NCBI GenBank assembly: GCA_028700115.1
Contig: JAQVTI010000001.1
Coordinates: 150,001 to 182,000, forward strand
DNA from: Candidatus Iainarchaeum sp.
Lineage (GTDB): Archaea; Iainarchaeota; Iainarchaeia; Iainarchaeales; CSSED10-239
Length of the DNA: 32,000 nucleotides
Direction of reading: 5' to 3'
In this document: piece by piece, positions 17,735 through 26,829 of the stretch
Layout of the letters: each line of letters begins with the position of its first letter
Numbering within the stretch: position 1 is the first letter of the stretch
The notes under the pieces: generated by a model
Databases searched by the model: none
Told to the model about the DNA's origin: nothing
What the model saw: the letters and a program-made list of their open reading frames with translations, nothing else
Made by a program: the position numbers and the translations under genes

Positions 17735-20290
17735 TTACATGTTTTCAATAACGTTGATTAATTCTTTAGCAGCCATTGCAGTGTCTTCAGCTGTCATTCC
17801 AGCAACAACAATATTACCTTCAGCGTTTTGTCCTAATACATAGTCTCCAGAAGCTGTTAACATAGTATCTAATCCTATATTTTGAGCTAATGTGTTAACT
17901 AAGTGACCACCAACAATGATTTTGTTTCCTGCTGGGTTTTCGTTATCAAGGTATACTAATTTGTTTGTTGCAACATTCCATGTCATTGGAACAATAGCAT
18001 CAGTTGCAGCTCCACCAGATAAAGCAACAGCATCTAATGATACAGATACTCCGTCTTCTGTTTGTTGTTCTCCTTCAGCTGTTAAAGTGAATGTTGAACC
18101 GTTAATTGATGTTGAAGTACTAGCTCCTCCACCAACGAAGATTTGTCCATATAATTTAGTATCAGGAACAATTGCAGTAAACATACCTCCGTCTACTTCA
18201 GCATATGTACCAAATTCTGTATATCCCCAAGTTAAATCATCAGAATCTTCTTGATTTAGTGTGTAAGTTACAGCATCACCAGTTGTGAAAGCTGAATTTC
18301 CATTTACAACAAGAACTTGATCAACAACAGCTAAATAAGATGAATCATCTGTATCTACTAAATTTCCAGTTCCAGCATCAATATGAGCTACTACTGAATC
18401 TTGACCATCATCAACAACAAATTCAAACATAGATTTCATATCAGTACCGTCTGTTAAAACACCTGTAGCAGTTTTACCAACATATGTACCATCACTAGTT
18501 GCAGCAACATCTATTTGTGTATATATATTTTTAATAGTCCAATCTTGAGTAGGACTATCAATAGTACCTTCAATAGATCCTGCAGCACCTTCTTTAAGAC
18601 CTAATGCAAATTGAGTAATATCATTTGTTCCAGTTGCACCATCTTCGTTAATATATAAACCATAAGCTAATTTTTCAGATTCATTATTATATAATGGGAT
18701 TGTTAAATCTGTAAATGCAGCATCTGTGTAAACAAATTTAGAATTATCTGTATTTGTTGTTTCCCAAGTCCAAACATTAGAAGTTTTTGTTAAGTAATCT
18801 CCATCATCATCTTCTAATTGAACTGTGAAATAACCAATATCTAAAGCATCATTTGCAGCATTAGGAATTCCACCAACATTGGAATCTTCATTACCATATA
18901 TAAAACTATCATAAGAACCTACATCTGTAGTAGTATTAAAATCCTCATCAGCTGTATGGAATTCAATGTATAATTTCTTATCATCTAATGTTTGCATAGT
19001 TGTATAGTTTTCACCATCTCCGTAAGTTCCATCTTCTTCTTCATAAAAGAATACTTTGTGATCGTCGTCAGTAGCATCTATATAAGAAATATATCCATCT
19101 TCAACAATTACTTCTTTTGATGATTCATTAGTTAAACCTAAAAAGTCAATAGAACCTAAATCAAATGGTAAAACAATAGAGTCATCTACTTTTAAAGCAT
19201 CTTCATCTTCCCATTGAACATCTTGATCTTCATTAGTAAATACTATTTTTGTAATAGGATCAGAACCTGTAAAACTAACTTTCCATAATTTATCATCTAT
19301 ATTTGGGAAATCTTCAATAATTTGTCCACTTTCAAGCTCTATACTTGTACTTGTACCTGAAACAACAGTTACTTTTTTATCATAAACTGTATCTATTTCT
19401 ACATTTGATTCTAAATATTCGTTGAATACTGTTTCATAATCTGTAAAAACTTCAGAAGCTAAAATTGCACCATTTTGAGAAATACTTAATTCAACAGAAT
19501 AATTATTACTAGATTCTAAAATATCTTCAACAGTGATTGTATATCCGTCAACTTCAAAAGAAGCACCTTCTTCATAAGGAGCTGTATTTTTATTTTGAAC
19601 TAAAGTTACAATTCCATTAGAATAGTCTTCAAGAGTATATTCATTACCCATTAAATTAAATTTGAAATCAGGACTACCTTCATCATTAGCACCATTATTA
19701 ATTCCAGGATTAAATTCAAGAGTATATGAAATATCCCCTCTATCAAATGATGCTGTTAAATCAGCTACATCTTTATCTGAATCAAAAGCAACTGTAGGAG
19801 TAATAGTAATACTTTCTTGTACATTTATTTCATCAGTATCAAAAATACTATCATCAACATCTACGTCATAATCTCCTAAAACAGAATAATCTCTGTCATC
19901 AAGAGTTTCTGTAACACTAGTAGATCCTAATTCCCAATCATCTGTTAACAAACCGTCTCCAGAAATTGTAGATGTTGATTCAGCACCAGCTGTAACAGTT
20001 ACACTTTCTAATGCAGCTCCAGCGATTGCGTCACCTGATGTGTAAGCTTTCTTTCCAATAGCAGCAGCTATGTTTCCAGCCCATACAACATCAACTGGTT
20101 GAGCCATAGATCCAACGATTACATTGTAAGCTGGTCCTGTAGCACCAAATAATTGATCTTTTGTTAAGTTGTCTATTCCAGTGTATGTGTCATCTGCCAT
20201 GTTAGCAGCAGCAACAGCACCTGCAAATAAAGCAGAAACTGCAAAAACACCTGCACCAGCAACTATTTTCTTCATATTTATATTCTTCAT
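17735..20290 (-). CDS. S-layer / major cell-surface protein
   Basis: Signal peptide MKNINMKKIVAGAGVFAVSALFAGAVAAA. The mature part is acidic, rich in T/D/G/S/V, and contains no Cys. The C-terminal IIVGGHLVN...NIVVAGMTAEDTAMAAKELI resembles the C-terminal domain of euryarchaeal S-layer proteins. A strong GGTGA Shine-Dalgarno is present. GC content is visibly higher than in neighbouring genes. Confidence 0.75.
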   Translation of the reverse strand: MKNINMKKIVAGAGVFAVSALFAGAVAAANMADDTYTGIDNLTKDQLFGATGPAYNVIVGSMAQPVDVVWAGNIAAAIGKKAYTSGDAIAGAALESVTVTAGAESTSTISGDGLLTDDWELGSTSVTETLDDRDYSVLGDYDVDVDDSIFDTDEINVQESITITPTVAFDSDKDVADLTASFDRGDISYTLEFNPGINNGANDEGSPDFKFNLMGNEYTLEDYSNGIVTLVQNKNTAPYEEGASFEVDGYTITVEDILESSNNYSVELSISQNGAILASEVFTDYETVFNEYLESNVEIDTVYDKKVTVVSGTSTSIELESGQIIEDFPNIDDKLWKVSFTGSDPITKIVFTNEDQDVQWEDEDALKVDDSIVLPFDLGSIDFLGLTNESSKEVIVEDGYISYIDATDDDHKVFFYEEEDGTYGDGENYTTMQTLDDKKLYIEFHTADEDFNTTTDVGSYDSFIYGNEDSNVGGIPNAANDALDIGYFTVQLEDDDGDYLTKTSNVWTWETTNTDNSKFVYTDAAFTDLTIPLYNNESEKLAYGLYINEDGATGTNDITQFALGLKEGAAGSIEGTIDSPTQDWTIKNIYTQIDVAATSDGTYVGKTATGVLTDGTDMKSMFEFVVDDGQDSVVAHIDAGTGNLVDTDDSSYLAVVDQVLVVNGNSAFTTGDAVTYTLNQEDSDDLTWGYTEFGTYAEVDGGMFTAIVPDTKLYGQIFVGGGASTSTSINGSTFTLTAEGEQQTEDGVSVSLDAVALSGGAATDAIVPMTWNVATNKLVYLDNENPAGNKIIVGGHLVNTLAQNIGLDTMLTASGDYVLGQNAEGNIVVAGMTAEDTAMAAKELINVIENM

Positions 20291-20294
20291 ATAT

Positions 20295-20299
20295 TCACC
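20295..20299 (-). promoter_or_regulatory. Shine-Dalgarno GGTGA of the S-layer gene
   Basis: The minus strand reads AAAAAAAAAGGTGAATATATG. Confidence 0.55.
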
Positions 20300-20662
20300 T
20301 TTTTTTTTATATAAAGACTGAACCTGTGTAAATTAATTTTAAGTTAACAAAAAAACAAAGTTAGCTTATAAAACAGATTCGCCAAAGTAACGTTCATAGT
20401 TTACACTCATGTTACTGTAAGATATTAAAGAAAGAATATATTTAAAAAGGTAAGTTTTTTGGAAAGAAAACAAAAGGTTTATAAAGAAATATGCCTCATA
20501 AAAATTGTTTTCCAAACCATAAAAAAACCTTATTTTAGACATATAATAATAAATTATATTTGTTTATATATAATATATATTAAATATATAATATTTTAAA
20601 ATATAATCTATTGAATAAAAAAAGAACAAAAAAGAACTAAAAAGAAAATATCTAAAAAAAAA

Positions 20663-21198
20663 TTATTTATCTAGATAAATATCTAGATACATAGGCAAGG
20701 CACCTTTATCTCTTTCTTTTAATATTTTAAATTTAAATTTTTTATAAAAATGAATAGAATCTTTACTTTTGTCCTTATTTCTTTTTACATCTAAAATTAA
20801 AAATCTACAACCACAAATACTAGATAACTTTTTAGCTACACTATAAGAAATTTCAAGTAACATTGTTCCAAAGCCCATTCTTGAAAAATCATCATCAACT
20901 GCAAGTCTACCTATCTTTAATGCAGGAATTGCTTTATATTTAACATTTTTTTAAGAAAAAAAGTCTTTAAAGGTTTAGTTAAATTTAAAGAATCAGTTAA
21001 TAAAGTAACATAACATACTAAATTATCTTTATAAAATAATAAATAAGTAGTAGATATTTTTTGTTTTTAATTACTTAAAGCATCATCTACTAAAAAATCT
21101 TTCAAATCTTTCTCATAGGTTTTAAAATTAGTAATAATATCTTTGTCAGTTTTTAAAATAGGTCTAATTTTAATATATTTTAAATTTATTTTTTCCAT
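20663..21198 (-). pseudogene. GNAT-family acetyltransferase (TacT/KacT-like toxin type), disrupted
   Basis: From the ATG at 21198 the reading is MEKINL...DFLVDDALSN, then an in-frame TAA at 21067-21069. It continues KQKISTTYLLFYKDNLVCYVTLL...FFLKK. A frame change follows in the A/T run near 20945-20960. It then reads KAIPALKIGRLAVDDDFSRMGFGTMLL...FYKKFKF, the acetyl-CoA-binding core. The ORF track reports only the last 71 aa. Confidence 0.7.
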
Positions 21199-21353
21199 AA
21201 TTGACTTTCATAAAAAGATCTGTTCTTTTCTGCATTTTTAATAAATGCAACTCTTTCTTTAGAAGGATGCTTTAACTCTTTAGCCCATCCTTTAATAAAC
21301 TTATCAGCATCATCCCCTCTTAATACAGGAGTTGCTCTAATTAGTTTAGCCAT
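21186..21353 (-). CDS. Small ORF (55 aa) coupled to the GNAT gene; candidate cognate antitoxin
   Basis: MAKLIRATPVLRGDDADKFIKGWAKELKHPSKERVAFIKNAEKNRSFYESQLWKK. Its stop overlaps the GNAT ATG by 13 nt (ATGGAAAAAATAA). It is below the ORF-track size cut-off. Confidence 0.45.
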   Translation of the reverse strand: MAKLIRATPVLRGDDADKFIKGWAKELKHPSKERVAFIKNAEKNRSFYESQLWKK

Positions 21354-21506
21354 ATTTATCACATTTATATAATATATATGTATTTATTAAAACAATTTAT
21401 AAGTATTTGTATTACAAATAAAAAAAGAACAAAAAAGAAAGAGAAATAGAATATAAATTTTTAAAAAAAAGAAAATAAAAAAACAGTTTTTAATATTTTA
21501 AAAAAA

Positions 21507-24386
21507 CTATCTCCTTCCACCACTAACTGCATCTTCTATTGTCCAATTAAAATTATTTATAATATAGTCTTTTGCAGTAAGTCCATCTCCAGAAGGAGTA
21601 CTATTTCCTGCATCAAAAGATACATTTGATTGTAAAGGCAATTTACTCCAACTAATTAATAAAGAATTATAATTTGAAGAAGATAAAGAAGTAATTGAAA
21701 ACATATTTCCCATATCTGTTACATTAGAAACATTCCAAGAAGCTAAATTTTGATCGAAAACCTCATTATTACAAAACATATAATACATATTATTTACATT
21801 TGAAACATCCCAATTATTTAAAGGTTGATTAAATGAACTTGCACCATTAAACATATCACTCATATCAGTTACATTTGAAACATCCCAATTATTTAAAGGT
21901 TGATTAAAAGCACGCACCCTACAAAATACACCACTCATATCTGTTATTGAAGATGTATTCCAATCATTTATATAACTATTAAAATCAGTATTATTTGTAA
22001 ACATACCTTTTATTGAAGTTATATTAGATAAATCCCAATAATTAATATTAGGTATACCAGTCAAATATCCTCCACAACCTTCAAACATATATTCTAAAGA
22101 AGTTGTTCTATTTAATTTTAAAATATCTTCAGCTGTAACACTTAAATTAGAACAACCTCTAAATTGTGAATCTGTAACTCCAAGATCAAGATTACCCCAT
22201 TTTGAAATATCACTAATTTTTAATCTATCTCCAGAATCATTAAAAGACCAACCTTCTAATTCTCCAAAAATATTTAAATCATACACTCCATAAGAATCAT
22301 AAGTATGAGGTAAATCCGAATCATCCCAAGAAGTTATTTGTGAAGTTGTTCCATCATCCCATTCTACAGTGAAATCATAATTACCATCAGAAACTAAAGG
22401 TAACATAATTTGATTATATTCACTAGATCCAGTAGAAGTTTTTGTAGTATCCCAAGTTGAAATAAAATAATTACTTTCACAATCTGTTGGACAACTATCT
22501 GAATTTTCTGAAGAATATGAACAAATACCATCTCCACAACTTCCACAATCTGCATAACAAGAACTTACAGTTTCATAAACAGTACAGAAACCATCTCCAC
22601 AAACACTACAATCTTGAGGACATGTATCTAAATTTTCATCAGAAGAAGTACAAATTCCATCTCCACAACTACCACAATCTATATAACAAGTATCTATATT
22701 TTCATCCCCATTACAAGATTCATCTCCACATTCAGGAGGACCTGGAACAATACCTAAATCTTCTAGATACCAACCTAAATCATTTACTAAATAATTATAA
22801 GCATCATCTGCTTCTGCAGTATGATATAGATTAATATTACTAACACCAACACCTAAAGCAATATTAGGATTATCAGCCCAATCAATTAATGTATTTGAAT
22901 AATTTTCTACAGACATAGATGTAGGTATATTATAATCAACATCAGATAAAAAACCATATAAACAATCCATATTTGCTAAATTCCAATCGCCTATATCTTG
23001 ATCAAAACTAGATCCTTCAAATAAAGCTACAGCAGCATATAAATTTGAAACATCCCAACTTGAAATATCTTGATTAAAATCTGAAAAAAAGAAAGTATAT
23101 CTCACCTTTTCAACATTTGAAACATCCCAAGAAGAAATATCTTGATTAAAAGGAACTTTTCTAACAGAAGAAAAATCAACAAGTTCAGATAACCATTCAG
23201 GATATTCAAATAACAAACTAATCTGTGTTTTTCCAAATGTATTTGATAAATCTAAAATATTAGAAGTATCCCAATTTTCTATATTTGGAATATCTACTAA
23301 AGAAAAACAATCTGCAAATGAAGCGGTTAAATAAGTTGTATTTTCTAAAATATCTAAACTATCTTCAGCAGTAATTGTTAAATTTTCACAACCAGTAAAA
23401 TGCCCATATGAATTTGAATCAATAGAATCTAATTTTAATGGTCCCCAATTAGATATATTTAATATTTTTAATCTATCTTTACTTAAATGAACATTATCAT
23501 AAATACAAAAATCCAAACCATTTATTTCTTCAAAATTATAATCAGCAAAAGACCAGCCTTCTATTGTTCCATTAATATTTATTTCGTATTCTCCAGATAA
23601 AGAATAAGTATGTAATTTATCAGAATCATCATATGAAGTTATTTCTGAAGTAGTCCCATCTCCCCAATCTACAGTAAAATCATAATTACCATTTGGAACT
23701 AATGGAAGCTCTATTTGGTCATCATCACTTGAATAACCATATTCTATTAAACTTTCCATTTCAAAATCCATATAGTAATTTATAGATGTATTATTTGTAT
23801 CCCATGTAGAAGTAAAATAATTAATATGACAATCATCATAACAAGTTTCTTCAGTTTCAGAACCATTACAAGTTCCATCTCCACAATAAGGTGCATTATC
23901 ACATGAAACAAGACTTGCTCCTAAATAACTTACAGGAATAGAAATATATTTACCATCATTAGTTTTTAATTCTAAAATAAATTCTTTTGAAGGAATACAT
24001 ATTATATCTAATTGATTACTTCTATTTGGATTAATAACTAAAGGAGTTTCTAAAGTATATTCTGTGTTTATAAAATTTGTATTTTCTGCGGTTGTAGAAA
24101 TTAATTTATATGCAACAACATTTAAATCTTTATTAAAATTGTTATTTTCTAAAACAACTTTAGAATAATCCCCAGACATACTTTCATAAACACTTAAACA
24201 TTTTATAAACCCATCTAAATCTGATTTATCATAAGTAACTACAGAAGATTCATCTAGATTAGATATAGTAAAATCTTTTGAAAAAGAAACAATTCCTGCA
24301 ATTAAAACAACTGAAACTAAAACAATTAAAACAGTTGCAATTAATGGAGAAATTGCTTTTTTATTAAAAATATATTTTGAATTCAT
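21507..24386 (-). CDS. Large surface adhesin-like protein: class III signal peptide, shared N-module, two DUF285/BspA-like repeat domains joined by tandem Cys-rich modules
   Basis: N-terminus MNSKYIFNKKA/ISPLIATVLIVLV. There are two blocks of WDVSN(V)xxMxxMF..FNQ(D/P)(I/L) repeats. Each block is preceded by a TWDT...NYDFTV(D/E)WGDGTTS segment. Confidence 0.85.
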   Translation of the reverse strand: MNSKYIFNKKAISPLIATVLIVLVSVVLIAGIVSFSKDFTISNLDESSVVTYDKSDLDGFIKCLSVYESMSGDYSKVVLENNNFNKDLNVVAYKLISTTAENTNFINTEYTLETPLVINPNRSNQLDIICIPSKEFILELKTNDGKYISIPVSYLGASLVSCDNAPYCGDGTCNGSETEETCYDDCHINYFTSTWDTNNTSINYYMDFEMESLIEYGYSSDDDQIELPLVPNGNYDFTVDWGDGTTSEITSYDDSDKLHTYSLSGEYEININGTIEGWSFADYNFEEINGLDFCIYDNVHLSKDRLKILNISNWGPLKLDSIDSNSYGHFTGCENLTITAEDSLDILENTTYLTASFADCFSLVDIPNIENWDTSNILDLSNTFGKTQISLLFEYPEWLSELVDFSSVRKVPFNQDISSWDVSNVEKVRYTFFFSDFNQDISSWDVSNLYAAVALFEGSSFDQDIGDWNLANMDCLYGFLSDVDYNIPTSMSVENYSNTLIDWADNPNIALGVGVSNINLYHTAEADDAYNYLVNDLGWYLEDLGIVPGPPECGDESCNGDENIDTCYIDCGSCGDGICTSSDENLDTCPQDCSVCGDGFCTVYETVSSCYADCGSCGDGICSYSSENSDSCPTDCESNYFISTWDTTKTSTGSSEYNQIMLPLVSDGNYDFTVEWDDGTTSQITSWDDSDLPHTYDSYGVYDLNIFGELEGWSFNDSGDRLKISDISKWGNLDLGVTDSQFRGCSNLSVTAEDILKLNRTTSLEYMFEGCGGYLTGIPNINYWDLSNITSIKGMFTNNTDFNSYINDWNTSSITDMSGVFCRVRAFNQPLNNWDVSNVTDMSDMFNGASSFNQPLNNWDVSNVNNMYYMFCNNEVFDQNLASWNVSNVTDMGNMFSITSLSSSNYNSLLISWSKLPLQSNVSFDAGNSTPSGDGLTAKDYIINNFNWTIEDAVSGGRR
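22480..22733 (-). repeat. Five tandem Cys-rich modules CGD(G/E)xCxxxExxxxCxxDC within the adhesin
   Basis: The translation reads ECGDESCNGDENIDTCYIDC GSCGDGICTSSDENLDTCPQDC SVCGDGFCTVYETVSSCYADC GSCGDGICSYSSENSDSCPTDC. The periodic DNA also produces the spurious + strand ORF at 22487..22834. Confidence 0.8.
23863..24364. repeat. 502-bp segment about 99 % identical to 1576..2077
   Basis: See 1576..2077. Confidence 0.9.
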
Positions 24387-24480
24387 ATTATTATATACAT
24401 AGATTTTATTTAAAAAGATTTAGTTAAACCTTTTATTGCCAAACAAATTTTTATAAATAAATAAAATAAATTACTATAAA

Positions 24481-24767
24481 AAAAGGAAAGAAAACTATTT
24501 CTTTCCTGTTATATGGTTTAACTCTTGTTTTAATTTAAAAATCATATCAGCATAACCATGAGTCATATCAACTATTGTAAATAAACTTTCTTGAAGATCA
24601 GAAATTGGAACATTTAGTTTCTCTGGTTTAATTACATCTATTGAAGTTACACCATAGTAATAAACTAATCTAAATAAAGACTGTAAATCCTTACAAGAAA
24701 CTTCAGCTTCAATATATGTTGAAAACAAACCATCATGAACTACAATTTCTGCAATCTTTGATTCATA
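24481..24767. repeat. 287-bp direct repeat, copy 1 (about 97 % identical to 26543..26829)
   Basis: The two copies align at a constant offset of 2062 bp, with about 9 mismatches by eye. The repeat covers 14 bp of 3' flank plus the last ~90 codons of the 217-aa gene. Confidence 0.9.
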
Positions 24768-24803
24768 CAATATAGATTTAACTAATTTTTTAGAAAATAT
24801 CAA
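24495..24803 (-). pseudogene. 3' fragment duplicating the C-terminal ~90 aa of the 26557..27210 gene
   Basis: ESKIAEIVVHDGLFSTYIEAEVSCKDLQ...KLKQELNHITGKK differs from the full-length copy at 3 residues. The ORF opens only through a TTG and 13 unrelated codons. Confidence 0.75.
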
Positions 24804-24842
24804 CTATTGTTTTTAATTAACATTTTATAAAATAAGATAAAT

Positions 24843-25730
24843 TTATTTAATTAAAATACTTTTTTTAAGTAAATACAAATATTTATCTAAAACATCTTTT
24901 AAAATAAGATCAGATCTTAAAACCACTTCTAAAGAAGATAAATTCACATTATTTAATTCTAATTTAGAAATATATTTAAAAAAATCATCTATTTTAAAAG
25001 CATTTTTATTATATTCTAAACTTTCATTTATTTTTAATAAAACTAAATCTAAAAATAAAGGATCAATTTTAACTAAATCTTTACTTAAAATATACCCAAT
25101 ATCAAAAATATCTCTTAAAGCTAAAAAAGGTCTTGTAACTAAAGCTCTATACTTCTCACTTAAATTTTCTCTAATGTCTATACATTCTATCTTAGAAACA
25201 TCATCTAAAATAGCATCATTTAATTTATCATAAAATAAATGATTTATAGTTTTTATTTTAGTATCTAAATAAAGTTTATGCCTAAAAGACACATCTATTT
25301 TTATTTGTTGTAAATCTTCAGATAATAAAGATTTATATTTTGCATAAACAACTAAGTTAATAATTCTACCATTTTGAGTAATTATTTTCCAACCTTTCCC
25401 TAACTCATCACTTACTACTAACCCACATTTTAAGCATAATTTATTTATTTCAGACCTTATTTTTTCAGATTTTAATTTTAAAGCTCTATTTGTTAAATTA
25501 TTTAAATCCTCATTAAAAATAAAATCTAAATCTTCACTTAATCTATAAAATCCTAAATAACATTTATTTAAACAAGTACCACCTTTAAAAATAAGATTAT
25601 CAATTTTATTATTAGAAAGTTCAATTAAAAATTTTGTTAAAAAATAATCTTTTTCTAATAATAGTGAATTAAATTTTTCTCTATTAGAAACTTCAAGTAT
25701 TAAATTTTTTAAATTAACTTTATCTTCCAT
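24843..25730 (-). CDS. AbiEii/AbiGii-family nucleotidyltransferase toxin (DUF1814), copy 2
   Basis: Signature LIFKGGTCLNKCY....RLSEDLDFIF. The ATG at 25730 overlaps the upstream AbiEi gene by 22 nt. Confidence 0.8.
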   Translation of the reverse strand: MEDKVNLKNLILEVSNREKFNSLLLEKDYFLTKFLIELSNNKIDNLIFKGGTCLNKCYLGFYRLSEDLDFIFNEDLNNLTNRALKLKSEKIRSEINKLCLKCGLVVSDELGKGWKIITQNGRIINLVVYAKYKSLLSEDLQQIKIDVSFRHKLYLDTKIKTINHLFYDKLNDAILDDVSKIECIDIRENLSEKYRALVTRPFLALRDIFDIGYILSKDLVKIDPLFLDLVLLKINESLEYNKNAFKIDDFFKYISKLELNNVNLSSLEVVLRSDLILKDVLDKYLYLLKKSILIK

Positions 25731-26464
25731 TTAATATACCTCAAATCTAAATTAGTATTTCTTATTTTTGTATAATATCTAAACTTATTTAATTTATTTA
25801 AATAATCATACAATTTTTCATTTTCTGTAATTATACCAATTAATTTTAGTAATTTTATAGAATTTATTTTTTTTGCATATTTAATAAGTTTATTTTCATC
25901 AAATTTATCTTTATTTTTTTTAAAAATATAAATTAAATGATCTAATGAATCAACATATTTAAAATAATTTAAAGAATCTATAATAGTTTTTTCGATATCA
26001 GAAAAAGGACATTTATTTTTAAACACACCAAATAAATTAGACTTATTTATTTTAATATAATGTATATTAAAATCTAATATTTTTTTTGTTAAATTATACT
26101 TAGTATTAAATACAAATAATTTATTAGGAATTTGAGTTATAAAACCATATTTATTTAAAGCATTAATTAAACCAATATAATATTTGTTTGAATTTAAATA
26201 AAATTCATTAATTTCAAATTCAGAAACAACTGGCTTTCTATCTATAGAAGATACTGGAATATAAATATAATTATCTTTTTTAATAGAAATTAAATATTTC
26301 TGAAATAATAAATATTTAATAAATCTATTTGGATTGTTTGAATCTATATTTTTTATAATAATATCTAATAATTCATTTTTAGAAATAAAATGTATTTTTT
26401 TATATTCTAAAATAGAAATTAACTTCTTGGTCAAATTATTAGAAAAGTTGGATTTATTAACCAT
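25709..26464 (-). CDS. AbiEi-like antitoxin / regulator, copy 2
   Basis: Located upstream of AbiEii-2 and overlapping it. The pattern YIGLINALNKYGFITQIP...DIEKTIIDSL...LLKLIGIITE follows the AbiEi layout. The ATG is at 26464; the track uses a TTG at 26482. Confidence 0.65.
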   Translation of the reverse strand: MVNKSNFSNNLTKKLISILEYKKIHFISKNELLDIIIKNIDSNNPNRFIKYLLFQKYLISIKKDNYIYIPVSSIDRKPVVSEFEINEFYLNSNKYYIGLINALNKYGFITQIPNKLFVFNTKYNLTKKILDFNIHYIKINKSNLFGVFKNKCPFSDIEKTIIDSLNYFKYVDSLDHLIYIFKKNKDKFDENKLIKYAKKINSIKLLKLIGIITENEKLYDYLNKLNKFRYYTKIRNTNLDLRYIKWKIKLI

Positions 26465-26542
26465 ATGTATTATTTTGACCAAAAACTATTTAAAAGATAT
26501 TATTTTTAAAAATAAAGACCTATTTAGAAAAACAGAAAAAAG

Positions 26543-26829
26543 AAAAGAAAAGAAAACTATTTCTTTCCTGTTATGTAGTTTAACTCTTGTTTTAATTTAA
26601 AAATCATATCAGCATAACCATGAGTCATATCAACTATTGTAAATAAACTCTCTTGAAGATCAGAAATTGGTATGTTTAGTTTCTCTGGTCTAATTACATC
26701 TATTGAAGTTACACCATAGTAATAAACTAATCTAAATAAAGACTGTAAATCTTTACAAGAAACTTCAGCTTCAATATATGTTGAAAACAAACCATCATGA
26801 ACTACAATTTCTGCAATCTTTGATTCATA
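26543..26829. repeat. 287-bp direct repeat, copy 2
   Basis: See 24481..24767. Confidence 0.9.

Noticed and set aside
17735-20290. The higher GC of the S-layer gene as evidence of horizontal acquisition.
   Set aside because: The amino-acid composition (Ala, Gly, Thr, Asp, Val) and expression-linked codon bias are enough to explain the shift. The signal peptide, Shine-Dalgarno and terminator look native.
20291-20662. A possible ncRNA or tRNA in the slightly GC-richer spacer upstream of the S-layer gene.
   Set aside because: I could find no cloverleaf, no conserved tRNA boxes and no extended stem structure. It is more simply explained as a promoter plus leader.
21067-21069. The in-frame TAA in the GNAT gene as possible stop-codon recoding.
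   Set aside because: TAA is the normal terminator of most genes in this window. The same gene also carries a frameshift, so pseudogenisation is the simpler explanation.
22487-22834. 115-aa + strand ORF rich in H/N/K/L/Y, with a periodic sequence.
   Set aside because: It is the reverse-strand shadow of the tandem Cys-rich modules of the adhesin gene. The periodicity comes from the coding repeat on the minus strand.
21507-24386. A diversity-generating retroelement as the source of adhesin variation.
   Set aside because: The window holds no reverse transcriptase and no template-repeat/variable-repeat pair with adenine-specific differences. The similarity pattern is block-wise, indicating recombination, not mutagenic retrohoming.
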